A stretch of DNA of 64,000 bases from a virus (taxonomy: Duplodnaviria; Caudoviricetes). The notes under the pieces were generated by a model. The model was not told where the DNA came from. It ran no database searches and worked only from the letters and a program-made list of their open reading frames with translations. The stretch lies in the IMG/VR virus record IMGVR_UViG_3300029319_000020, positions 14,437 through 78,436 of that record. One strand, 5' to 3'. Positions 19,754 through 28,699 of this stretch are shown in pieces. Made by a program: the position numbers and the translations under genes. The stretch's first letter is position 1. Each line of letters opens with the position of its first letter.

Positions 19754-20909
19754 TGATAAAAAAGAATGTAGAGGCTATTTTGCTGATGGTAAATTAAGAA
19801 TAAGAGACTTACCACAGTCTCTTTCTGCTACTTGGGATTGGTCAGAGTTAATTGGAGATCGTGATATTGTTTTGGCTAAAATACTTACTAAAGGCAAATC
19901 AGTTAATGATGCTTGTCCTGATCATTTAAAAGAAAGATTAGAGGCAAGAGAACGAAAAATTAAAGCTCACTTAAAATCTTTTATTAAATCTAAAGTAAAA
20001 CTTGAAGACATTTGTTTTTATGATCTTGTTCCAACAAAAGACCTTCAGCATTACTATAATTTACTTAATGAAATAACCAAATGGACAATTGACAATTATC
20101 CTAAACCTAAAAACTATCGTTTAATGCATAATGTTAATCAGATGTGTAAAGAAATTTCTAAACAAACTTTAAAAGTCAACAAAGAAAGATGGAAATGGCA
20201 TGCAGAACGAGATCAGAAAGCTATGTATTTAGCAAATAGCTTTTGGGATAAACCTCTAAGGGTAGATTACAACCCTTGGGGTACGGTTACAGGACGTTTA
20301 GGGCTTAACGAAGGGTCTTTTCCTATCCTTAACCTTAAAAACTCTATAAAGGACATTGTCGTTCCAAAGTGGGACTGTTTTGTAGAGCTTGACTTTAATG
20401 GTGCCGAGTTAAGAACCCTGCTACACCTCTCCGGGCACCCACAACCGCACGAGGACATACATGATTTCAATCAAACTAGCATTTTTAACAATAATATTTC
20501 TAGAGATGATGCAAAAAAGCAGATTTTTGCATGGCTCTATAACCCGACTTCAACAGCAGTTACAACTGATCTGTATGATAAGCAAAAAGTCTTGGACAAA
20601 CACTATACAGAGGGAATTGTATCTACTCCGTTTGGAAGAACAATACCTTCAGATGATTTCCACGCACTTAACTACCTTATACAATCGACCTCCTCAGATA
20701 ATTTCCTTGACAGAGCATCCGCGATACACAAATACTGTAAGGGATTCAAAACTAACGTAGTATTTCTTGTTCACGATTCAATTGTCTTGGATGTTCCATT
20801 CTCGGAGAAGAATAGAATAAAAGAAATTGTTGAGATCTTTCAAAACACAAAACTTGGAAAGTTCAAAGTTAATATCAATGTCGCAAAGAACCTAGGGGAA
20901 TTAAAATGA
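19734..20909 (+). CDS. polA: Miniature family A DNA polymerase (polymerase domain only)
   Basis: GTVTGRL, motif A ELDFNGAELR, motif B RDDAKKQIFAWLY, ALNYLIQS and motif C VHDSIV. Confidence 0.85.
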   Translation: MIFQIIDDKKECRGYFADGKLRIRDLPQSLSATWDWSELIGDRDIVLAKILTKGKSVNDACPDHLKERLEARERKIKAHLKSFIKSKVKLEDICFYDLVPTKDLQHYYNLLNEITKWTIDNYPKPKNYRLMHNVNQMCKEISKQTLKVNKERWKWHAERDQKAMYLANSFWDKPLRVDYNPWGTVTGRLGLNEGSFPILNLKNSIKDIVVPKWDCFVELDFNGAELRTLLHLSGHPQPHEDIHDFNQTSIFNNNISRDDAKKQIFAWLYNPTSTAVTTDLYDKQKVLDKHYTEGIVSTPFGRTIPSDDFHALNYLIQSTSSDNFLDRASAIHKYCKGFKTNVVFLVHDSIVLDVPFSEKNRIKEIVEIFQNTKLGKFKVNINVAKNLGELK

Positions 20910-21364
20910 AGAAATGTCCTACATGTAAAATAAAGAAAGAATCTAAATTCTTTACAAAAGATAAAACAAAAAAAGATGGTCTTTATGCAATTTGCAAGGC
21001 TTGTCGAATGAGAAGAAGAAAAGAACGATACGAAAAAGATTATGAAACCATGAAAGAAAAAATGAAAAACATGACCGGTGGAATTTACATAATCAAAAAT
21101 GAAAAAGAAAACAAGATTTATGTAGGGCAATCTATTATGATTGAACAAAGAAAAAAACAACACTTCACAGATCTTAGAGGAAAGAGGCATCCAAACAAAC
21201 AATTGCAAGAAGATTTTAATAGACTCGGAGAAGATGCGTTTGATCATCAAGTTTATCAAGAAGTAGTTAAAGATGATGTCTTATTGATAAAATTAAAAGA
21301 ACTTGAGACTATGTTCAAATTTAGAAACGAAGGTTGGAAACTATATAATTCGGAGGAAAAATGA
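20906..21364 (+). CDS. GIY-YIG endonuclease with N-terminal Zn ribbon
   Basis: CxxC..CxxC, then GIYIIKN...KIYVGQS..IEQRKKQH. Confidence 0.85.
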   Translation: MKKCPTCKIKKESKFFTKDKTKKDGLYAICKACRMRRRKERYEKDYETMKEKMKNMTGGIYIIKNEKENKIYVGQSIMIEQRKKQHFTDLRGKRHPNKQLQEDFNRLGEDAFDHQVYQEVVKDDVLLIKLKELETMFKFRNEGWKLYNSEEK

Positions 21365-22038
21365 AAAAATGTACAAAATGTGGAATTGAAAAAAATCTTG
21401 ATGAATATCATAAAAACAAAATGGGAGCTTTTGGAAGACAAGCAGAATGTAAAGAGTGTAAAAAAAAATATTTCTTACGCAATAGAGACAAGATTAGAAA
21501 AAAACAAAAAGAATACGAGAACAATAACAAAGAAAAAATAAAATTAAAAGATCAAAAAAAGTATCTCAAAAATAAAGAATACATACTTGAACGAAATGCT
21601 AAATATCGTAAAAAAAACAAAGAAAAAATAGAAGAATATAGAAAAAACAATAGAGATTTTATAAACAAAAATCAAAGGGCAAGTTATAAAAAACAAGTAA
21701 CTATACAGCCTGCCTGTATCTATTTAATAAGGTGTGTAAAAAACAATAAAGTCTATATTGGAGAAACAATTCGAGGAAAAATGAGATGGTCTAGTCATCT
21801 TACTAAGCTTAGAGGCGATTATCATCCAAACAGTAAACTACAAGAAGATTATAATAAACACGGAGAAGATTCTTTTGAATGGTTAATAATAAAAGAAACA
21901 TCAAAGGATAAGAACACACTCCTGCTCGAAGAAGCAAGAGAAATTCAAAGAAGAATAAACAACGGAGAAGAACTTTATAATCTGATACTAACAGTAGAGC
22001 AACTGAAACTACTAAACGAAAATCAGGAGTTAAAATGA
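21361..22038 (+). CDS. GIY-YIG endonuclease with N-terminal Zn ribbon
   Basis: CxxC..CxxC, basic linker, CIYLIRC...KVYIGET...RW..H. Confidence 0.85.
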   Translation: MKKCTKCGIEKNLDEYHKNKMGAFGRQAECKECKKKYFLRNRDKIRKKQKEYENNNKEKIKLKDQKKYLKNKEYILERNAKYRKKNKEKIEEYRKNNRDFINKNQRASYKKQVTIQPACIYLIRCVKNNKVYIGETIRGKMRWSSHLTKLRGDYHPNSKLQEDYNKHGEDSFEWLIIKETSKDKNTLLLEEAREIQRRINNGEELYNLILTVEQLKLLNENQELK

Positions 22039-22844
22039 TAACAATTGGACTTGGCAACGCTGGAAAAAACATATGCCGTAAGCTCTCAAATTTGGGCAAA
22101 TACAAGACGATAGAGTTGGACGAGGGTAAAGGGTTACCTAAGTGTGAAACACACGAAGAATACGAATCTAGCGTCCCTAAACTAGGAAATAAGTTACGAC
22201 TTGGAAAAGAACAAGATATTTGGTTTATTGTTTGTGGAGCTTCAAAAGTATCTGGAGCAACTCTTAGCATTTTAGAACAAATTAAAGATCGTCAGATCAA
22301 AGTAATGTATATTGTTCCTGATCCTTTCTTTCTTTCAAAAACACAAAAATTACAACATAAAGTTGTGTTTAATGTTCTTCAAGAATATGCAAGATCTGGA
22401 TTGATAAATTCTGTGTGGCTTTTTGATAATAAAATTATTTCTTCAATTGTTGGAGAAGGAGCTCTTGGATCTTATTATGATAATGCAAATTCTGCTATTG
22501 CAAACTTTCTTGCAAATTATAAATGGTTTAAAAATACACAACCAATTATGGGCAACTTACACGAACCAAAAAGTATATCAAGAATCAGAACCGTGTCAAT
22601 CGGAGAACTAGAAAAAAATGAAGAAAATTTATATTTTTTACTTGACAACATAACAGAATCATGTTATTATTATAGTATAAGTTCTTACAAAAAAGAAAAT
22701 GATAAACATCTTTTAAATAATATAAGGACTTATCTACAAACGAAAGATAATACAACCTTTGGAATATGGGAAAACGGATCTGATCATTCGTTTTTCTATT
22801 CCATTAAGTTTACTCACTACATACAAGGAGGTTTAAATGAGTGA
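22035..22844 (+). CDS. Divergent tubulin/FtsZ-family GTPase (PhuZ-like)
   Basis: N-terminal IGLGNAGKNI (T1 loop), degenerate GASKVSGAT loop, FDN motif. Confidence 0.65.
   Translation: MITIGLGNAGKNICRKLSNLGKYKTIELDEGKGLPKCETHEEYESSVPKLGNKLRLGKEQDIWFIVCGASKVSGATLSILEQIKDRQIKVMYIVPDPFFLSKTQKLQHKVVFNVLQEYARSGLINSVWLFDNKIISSIVGEGALGSYYDNANSAIANFLANYKWFKNTQPIMGNLHEPKSISRIRTVSIGELEKNEENLYFLLDNITESCYYYSISSYKKENDKHLLNNIRTYLQTKDNTTFGIWENGSDHSFFYSIKFTHYIQGGLNE
22642..22670 (+). promoter_or_regulatory. sigma70-like promoter (intragenic)
   Basis: TTGACA-N17-TATTAT with extended TG. Confidence 0.6.
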
Positions 22845-23025
22845 TTTAGAATACACTATTCAAAAAAATGAGCGTGATTTGCGTTTAACTGCTTTTCATA
22901 TGGCAAGAGAAATTCTCAATGAGCAGCGTCATTTTGGTGCTCAACTAGGACAAACTGTCAAAGCTCCCACCACTGAGGAGATAAAATCAGAAGCAGAAAA
23001 AATATTAACTTTTTTAAAAAAATAA
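22837..23025 (+). CDS. Hypothetical protein
   Basis: GGAGG RBS, 62 aa. Confidence 0.65.
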   Translation: MSDLEYTIQKNERDLRLTAFHMAREILNEQRHFGAQLGQTVKAPTTEEIKSEAEKILTFLKK

Positions 23026-23026
23026 C

Positions 23027-23055
23027 TTGACAAATCTCTAATATCATGTTATAAT
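23027..23055 (+). promoter_or_regulatory. sigma70 promoter
   Basis: Perfect TTGACA-N17-TATAAT with extended TG. Confidence 0.9.
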
Positions 23056-23128
23056 ATATATACAAAAAAACAAAACTTTATTAAGTTTGCTCTTACATCG
23101 CTGAAACAAAAAAAATAAAAAAAATTAC

Positions 23129-23157
23129 TTGACAAAATGTTAAGAACATGTTATAAT
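23129..23157 (+). promoter_or_regulatory. sigma70 promoter (tandem copy)
   Basis: Perfect TTGACA-N17-TATAAT with extended TG and an A-tract upstream. Confidence 0.9.
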
Positions 23158-23239
23158 AATAACACGATGGTTGTTGAGAGATCAACCGAAATAAAAATCC
23201 TCAAACTATTAAGACATTTCATTATATAAAGGAGGATCT

Positions 23240-23503
23240 ATGTCTAACAATACATTCACATTCAACGCTAACGTTTATACCGGAAGCTTTACAAAAAAAG
23301 ATGGTACAACTCGTACAATGCGCTTCTTAAAGCAAAATGCTGTACCACAATCCCTTCAAGGTTCTGGAGTAAAACCACGTTACTTAGATACAAAACATGA
23401 AGTAGTATTTGATCTTGACCAAAATGGTTGGAGAGTTTTCAATCACAATAGAATTGTAGAATCACCAACATTTACAAGACAAGAAGTAACTATAAACGGA
23501 TAG
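23240..23503 (+). CDS. Small SH3/WYL-like fold protein
   Basis: F.KKDGT.R.M and VVFDLD..GWR.F pattern. Confidence 0.6.
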   Translation: MSNNTFTFNANVYTGSFTKKDGTTRTMRFLKQNAVPQSLQGSGVKPRYLDTKHEVVFDLDQNGWRVFNHNRIVESPTFTRQEVTING

Positions 23504-23532
23504 TTTTACAATAAAAATATAAAAAAATAATA

Positions 23533-23690
23533 AATAGGAATTACCTTCCTCCGAGTTGTTTGTCAAGATAACCAACGCATCATAAAAAACTTGACCCTCA
23601 TTATCTTCCTATTACAAGGACTGTAAATGGAAGTTTTTATCTGGTTGAGATACAAAGTATCTTTGCCTTAGACAGTTAAGTCAATAATAA
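23533..23690 (+). promoter_or_regulatory. Structured 5' leader of the SSB gene
   Basis: Pairings AATAGGAA/TTCCTATT, GTCAAG/CTTGAC, GACTGT/ACAGTT and AGATAC/GTATCT. Confidence 0.45.
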
Positions 23691-23708
23691 CAACAAAGGA
23701 GTAAAATT

Positions 23709-24461
23709 ATGGCACTAAATCTAGACGCGATGCGTAAAAAACTTGAAGCATCAAAAAATGGTAACAAAAAATCCAATGATACTAAGTGGAAACCTGAACA
23801 AGGTGATCAAACTATTAGGATTCTTCCTACAAAAGATGGTGATCCGTTCAAAGAATATCACTTTCATTATAATGTTGGAAAAAATCCTGGGATAATGTGT
23901 CCCAAAAAGAACTTTAATGAAGAATGTCCTATTTGTGACTTCGCATCAAAGTTATGGAAAGAAGGTGTTGAGAATAATGATGACGTTGCAAAACGTGAAG
24001 CTAAGAAACTTTTTGTTCGAAAGCGATATTATTCTCCCATCTTGGTTCGTGGAAGAGAATCAGAAGGTGTTAAAATCTGGGCTTATGGTAAACAAGCTTA
24101 TGAAACACTTTTAGGTTATGTGTTAGATCCTGACTACGGAGATATCACTGACGTTGAGGCTGGAACTGATATTGTATTAAATTATGATGTCCCTGGCACT
24201 CCTGGTTCTTTTCCTAAGACCACTCTCAAACCACGTCGTCGTCCCTCTATTCTCTGTGATGATGATGTTGCGGACTGTGAAGCTTTACTAGACTCAATTC
24301 CTGATATCGGCTCACAGTTTGACCGCAAAACAACAGCAGATGTTCAAGCTATTTTGAACGAAGCCCTTTCCTCCGATGGCTCTGAAGGTCGAACTTCTGA
24401 GACCAGAAAGTATGGTGATCAAGATGCTGTTGATGCTGCCTTCGATAAGTTGGGAGCATAA
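23709..24461 (+). CDS. gp32: Single-stranded DNA-binding protein, gp32-like
   Basis: IRILP..DGDPF, CP....EECPIC, DYGDITD, acidic tail ending AFDKL. Confidence 0.9.
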   Translation: MALNLDAMRKKLEASKNGNKKSNDTKWKPEQGDQTIRILPTKDGDPFKEYHFHYNVGKNPGIMCPKKNFNEECPICDFASKLWKEGVENNDDVAKREAKKLFVRKRYYSPILVRGRESEGVKIWAYGKQAYETLLGYVLDPDYGDITDVEAGTDIVLNYDVPGTPGSFPKTTLKPRRRPSILCDDDVADCEALLDSIPDIGSQFDRKTTADVQAILNEALSSDGSEGRTSETRKYGDQDAVDAAFDKLGA

Positions 24462-24471
24462 GAGAATCGGT

Positions 24472-24501
24472 TGCCCTCTCCGTTATGAGGGCACTTTTTT
24501 T
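24472..24501 (+). terminator. Intrinsic terminator
   Basis: TGCCCTC/GAGGGCA stem followed by a T-tract. Confidence 0.85.
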
Positions 24502-24518
24502 AATAACGAGGAATAATA

Positions 24519-25643
24519 ATGGGAAAAGTAATACAAATGGCAACACGAAAGAAAGCAGGAAAAATTAATATAAAAGACTTGAAAAAGTCAATGAATAAGT
24601 CGATGGGTATTGAAGCAGCGTATGATCTGAGAGAAGATAATCCGACTGAAGTTAAAGATTGGATTCCAATAGGTTCTCGATGGCTTGATTCAATTATCTG
24701 TAAAGGAAAGATGGGAGGTATTCCTGTTGGTAAGATAACAGAAATCGCAGGTCAATCAGGTGTAGGTAAATCCTACCTTGCTGTACAAATTGCTGTGGAA
24801 GCACAAAAACAAGGAAAGTTTGTGGTTTATTATGATGCAGAATCAGCAATTGATCCTGTGTTTCTCACAGATGCTGGTATTGACATGAATGAGAACTTTC
24901 TATACATACAAGCAGTTTCAGTTGAAAAAGTTTTAAAATCAATTGAAGATATGATGATTCAATTTGGTGATCAACAAAACATTCTTTTTATTTGGGATTC
25001 CATAGCTGCAACATCCGCAGAGAAAGACTTAGAAGGAGATTTTGATCCTCAGTCATCAATGGCAGTTAAACCAAGAATCTTTTCAAAAGCATTTCCAAAA
25101 TTAACAATTCCATTAGCAAACGGACAACACACACTTTTGTTGATCAATCAGTTGAAAACAAATATTACAACCAATATAGCTGAACAAATGACTAGACCTT
25201 TTAAGGCACCCGGTGGTATGGCTATTGAATACTTTTGTTCGCTTCGCATTTGGCTTACAAGCCGTAGAGCAAAAGCATCTTATGTGCTTGATGATACAGG
25301 AAGAAGAGTGGGCTCTGAAGTTAAAGCAAAGATAGAGAAGTCTCGTTTTGGAACACAAGGTCGCATAGCAACATTTCAAATTAGATGGGGTGATGGTGTT
25401 GGAGTCATGGATGAAGAATCTTGGCTCGAGGTTATAAAGAAGTCTTCCTATTATAAAAATGCTGGTGGCTGGTGTGTTTTAAGTTATGGTGGGAAAGAAC
25501 ACAAGTTCAGATCAGCTGAATGGGTAGCGAAGCTACAAGATGAAAAATTCAAAAAAATGATTATAGAGATTATGGATGAAGAACTAATACACAAGTTTGA
25601 ATCATCAGGATCAAATATAGTCCCTGATGATATAGACGATTAA
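24519..25643 (+). CDS. recA: RecA/UvsX recombinase
   Basis: Walker A GQSGVGKS, YDAESA, WDSIAA, LINQL, PGG.A..Y. Confidence 0.95.
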   Translation: MGKVIQMATRKKAGKINIKDLKKSMNKSMGIEAAYDLREDNPTEVKDWIPIGSRWLDSIICKGKMGGIPVGKITEIAGQSGVGKSYLAVQIAVEAQKQGKFVVYYDAESAIDPVFLTDAGIDMNENFLYIQAVSVEKVLKSIEDMMIQFGDQQNILFIWDSIAATSAEKDLEGDFDPQSSMAVKPRIFSKAFPKLTIPLANGQHTLLLINQLKTNITTNIAEQMTRPFKAPGGMAIEYFCSLRIWLTSRRAKASYVLDDTGRRVGSEVKAKIEKSRFGTQGRIATFQIRWGDGVGVMDEESWLEVIKKSSYYKNAGGWCVLSYGGKEHKFRSAEWVAKLQDEKFKKMIIEIMDEELIHKFESSGSNIVPDDIDD

Positions 25644-25667
25644 CATAAAACTCCTGTTGTTGATGGT

Positions 25668-25700
25668 AGCCCCCTTGCGATTGCTTGGGGGTTTTTTATT
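25668..25700 (+). terminator. Intrinsic terminator
   Basis: AGCCCCC-TT-GC-gatt-GC-TT-GGGGGTT followed by a T-tract. Confidence 0.85.
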
Positions 25701-25716
25701 TTTTTATACTTTTTAC

Positions 25717-25745
25717 TTGACAAAAACAGGATAACATGTTATACT
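25717..25745 (+). promoter_or_regulatory. sigma70 promoter
   Basis: TTGACA-N17-TATACT with extended TG. Confidence 0.85.
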
Positions 25746-25775
25746 ACTAGTATCTATAAAACAACGGAGGAAATT

Positions 25776-25868
25776 ATGGATTATACTTATTTATGGTTAG
25801 CGTTTGCAGTGGTATTCATTGGGATACCTTGTATAGGTTCTTGGGCTATTCATCAGGATTGGAGATGA
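25776..25868 (+). CDS. 30-aa single-TM peptide
   Basis: Not in track. GGAGG RBS; MDYTYLWLAFAVVFIGIPCIGSWAIHQDWR; the stop overlaps the next ATG. Confidence 0.65.
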   Translation: MDYTYLWLAFAVVFIGIPCIGSWAIHQDWR

Positions 25869-26341
25869 AAAAGCCATCCTATGTTGACTTTGATCAAAAG
25901 TCTTATCAATGGAAAGCTAACATAGATTACAGACAAAATCCACACCTTTATAAGGTTGGAAGAGGACAACAAGGTGTTTTAACCTGTGAGCCTTACAAGT
26001 CTGAGATCTGTCAACACTGGAGATTTAAAACTCCTGAGTTAGCAAAACAGTCTTCAACAAAGATACTAAAAATGTTTTATGATTACTTGAAACAGGGTGA
26101 CTTTGTTGGAGCTGACATGGCAAAGAAGTTTCTTCACATGGGCTTTACAAGATCTCGAAGATATGCAAACCACAGAGACGGCAAAAAGTGGACAAAAGAG
26201 AACAACCAATGGAAAATTTTACCACAAGAATCAGATGCTATGGACTGTGATAAAGCAAAATCAGCAGAGATTTTCAAACAAGCTTGGATAGAGGCAAGAA
26301 CAAACAAACAATATCTTAAAATGAAAAAGGAGTGGAAGTGA
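25865..26341 (+). CDS. DUF4385-like protein
   Basis: YRQNPHLYKVGRGQQGVL.CEPYKSEI..HWRFKTP and GFTRSRRYANH. Confidence 0.75.
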   Translation: MKKPSYVDFDQKSYQWKANIDYRQNPHLYKVGRGQQGVLTCEPYKSEICQHWRFKTPELAKQSSTKILKMFYDYLKQGDFVGADMAKKFLHMGFTRSRRYANHRDGKKWTKENNQWKILPQESDAMDCDKAKSAEIFKQAWIEARTNKQYLKMKKEWK

Positions 26342-27288
26342 AAAAGTTATTAATAATCGATGGATTAAATATGTTTCTTAGGAACTATATTGTTAATCCA
26401 GCTCTTGCTCCTGACGGGCATCCAATAGGGGGCTGTATTGGCTTTTTAAAGAGCCTTCAAAAGGTTTGTGGTATGTTCACACCTGACGAGATTATAGTAG
26501 CGTGGGATGGGCATTCTGGGTCTTCTAAACGTAAAGAAATGAATAAAGGATACAAGGATGGTCGTAAGCCTGTCCGGTTTAACAGAAGAATGGTCGAGTT
26601 GAACGAAAAGGAACAAAAAATTAATAAAGCAGAACAATATATTAAACTCGTGGAGTATTTAAATGAAACACCAATTATACAAGCAGTTGTGGACTATGTG
26701 GAAGCCGATGATATTATCGCTTATGCTGTTAGACATAACAAGTATCGAGACTATCACAAGTACATTGTGTCAAGTGATCGAGACTTCTTTCAACTCGTTG
26801 GAGCAGATTGCACCCTCTGGAGACCAATCCAGAAGAAACTGGTGGATCTCGAAACTCTCATGGATGAACACGGTATTCATCCCAATAACTTTGCCCTTTG
26901 TCGTGCCATTGCTGGAGATAAGTCAGATAACTTGCCAGGGATACCTAGAGCTGGGCTTAAAACAATCAAAAACCGTTTTCCTTTTATGGCTGACCCACAG
27001 GTTCAAACTGTTGAGTCGCTTGCAGAGTTTTGCAGACAAGTGGATAAACCGGTTAAGCTTCATGAAAACATACTTGGAGATCTTGATTTGATAGAAAACA
27101 ATTATGATGTTATGCAGTTGTATAAACCAGTAATGGGAACAGTAGCTAAACAACAAGTAGAGTTTTCGATAAATCAGTTTGAGCCTGAGTGGAATAAAAT
27201 AAAGTTCCAAAAGTATTTGATGCGAGATGGACAGATTACTTTAAAGTTTGATACACTGTTTGCAAATTTTAATAAAATAATTTCTTGA
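26338..27288 (+). CDS. 5'-3' exonuclease / T4 RNase H-like flap nuclease
   Basis: LIIDG.N.F.R, VEADDII, SSDRDF.QL, AGDKSDNLPGI. Confidence 0.92.
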   Translation: MKKLLIIDGLNMFLRNYIVNPALAPDGHPIGGCIGFLKSLQKVCGMFTPDEIIVAWDGHSGSSKRKEMNKGYKDGRKPVRFNRRMVELNEKEQKINKAEQYIKLVEYLNETPIIQAVVDYVEADDIIAYAVRHNKYRDYHKYIVSSDRDFFQLVGADCTLWRPIQKKLVDLETLMDEHGIHPNNFALCRAIAGDKSDNLPGIPRAGLKTIKNRFPFMADPQVQTVESLAEFCRQVDKPVKLHENILGDLDLIENNYDVMQLYKPVMGTVAKQQVEFSINQFEPEWNKIKFQKYLMRDGQITLKFDTLFANFNKIIS

Positions 27289-27312
27289 CATTTAGAAATT
27301 ATAGGTTATACT
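27285..27312 (+). promoter_or_regulatory. sigma70-like promoter
   Basis: TTGACA-N16-TATACT. Confidence 0.7.
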
Positions 27313-27333
27313 TAATGAACATTCGGAGGAAAT

Positions 27334-28683
27334 ATGAGTAAAGGAAAAGAAACATTTGTTGCCTATGGGAAGAAATTCCAAGAGAAGGTAGCTCAATTAA
27401 TGCTAGAGGATCGCCCGTTTTGTGATCAACTGGAAGAGGTTTTAGAGTTGGAGTTTTTTGACTCCACTTATCTAAGAGCTTTTGTAGAGATTATTTTAGA
27501 TCATAGAGAAAAGTATGGAAGACATCCACACTTTGCAACTCTTCACACAGAAATAAAAAAAGGAAATAAAAATTATGATAGAGCTGTTAATCAGCAACTA
27601 AGAGCATTTCTTGTTAGAATACAATCAGAAGACTTACCAGATAAGCAATACATTAAAGATCAAGCTGTTGACTTCTGTAAAAAACAATGTCTTAAAAAAG
27701 CTATTCTTCAATCTGCCGATCTTGTTAAAAAAGGTAATTATGATTCCATAACTAAGATTATAAACGAAGCTTTATCAAAAGGAAACGATCAGAATTTTGG
27801 TCATGACTGGTATAAGGATCTTGATCATCGTTATATCAAAAAATCAAGAAAGCAAATCACAACTGGTTGGCCAAGGATTGATGATATAACCAAAGGTGGT
27901 ATTGGATCAAAAGAATTGGCTGTTGTTATTGCTCCAACTGGTGCTGGTAAATCAATGGTCTTAGTTCATCTTGGTGCTCAAGCTCTTAAACTTGGTAAGA
28001 AAGTTGTTCATTATACTTTGGAACTTGCAGATACAGTTGTTGGGATTAGATACGACTCTTGTTTGTCTCAAATAGATTTAAGAGAAATAATGGATTCAAA
28101 AGATTTAGTAAAAGAAAAGATTCAAGACATACCTGGTAAACTAATTATCAAAGAATATCCTACTAAGTCTGCTTCGACTAAGTCTCTGAAGAACCATTTG
28201 GAAAAGTTGAGAAAGCAAAATATCATGCCCGATGTTGTGATTGTTGATTATGCTGATCTACTTCGCCCTGTGTCTCACGGAGCAGAAAAGAGACATGATT
28301 TAGAAGGTATCTATGAAGAACTTAGAGGCATGGCAACAGAGTTTGATTGTGCTTTTATTACAGCGTCCCAAACAAACCGTGGAGGTCTTAATGCTGAAGT
28401 TATCACAATGGAGTCCATATCAGAGGCTTTTAACAAATGCTTTGTTGCTGACTTTATTTTTTCATTATCGAGAACTCCGCAAGATAAGCAAGCTAATTCG
28501 GGGCGTATATTTATTGCTAAAAACAGAAATGGACCGGATGGATTGGTATTCCATGCTGCTGTTAATTGGGCAACTGTTTCAATAGAAGTGTTAAAAAGAA
28601 ACAATGAAGAAGAAAACACTCTTCTTACTATGAAAGATCAAAAAGAAAGCTTAAAAAACTATCAACATCTAAATGATAAATAA
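27334..28683 (+). CDS. dnaB: Replicative helicase DnaB/gp41-like
   Basis: Walker A APTGAGKS, IVDYADL, TASQTNR, KNRNG. Confidence 0.95.
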   Translation: MSKGKETFVAYGKKFQEKVAQLMLEDRPFCDQLEEVLELEFFDSTYLRAFVEIILDHREKYGRHPHFATLHTEIKKGNKNYDRAVNQQLRAFLVRIQSEDLPDKQYIKDQAVDFCKKQCLKKAILQSADLVKKGNYDSITKIINEALSKGNDQNFGHDWYKDLDHRYIKKSRKQITTGWPRIDDITKGGIGSKELAVVIAPTGAGKSMVLVHLGAQALKLGKKVVHYTLELADTVVGIRYDSCLSQIDLREIMDSKDLVKEKIQDIPGKLIIKEYPTKSASTKSLKNHLEKLRKQNIMPDVVIVDYADLLRPVSHGAEKRHDLEGIYEELRGMATEFDCAFITASQTNRGGLNAEVITMESISEAFNKCFVADFIFSLSRTPQDKQANSGRIFIAKNRNGPDGLVFHAAVNWATVSIEVLKRNNEEENTLLTMKDQKESLKNYQHLNDK

Positions 28684-28699
28684 CAAAAAGGAGAACAAG

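Noticed and set aside
23056-23128. Small RNA between the tandem promoters
   Set aside because: Only one weak hairpin and no clear terminator; it is more simply the UP/A-tract region of the second promoter.
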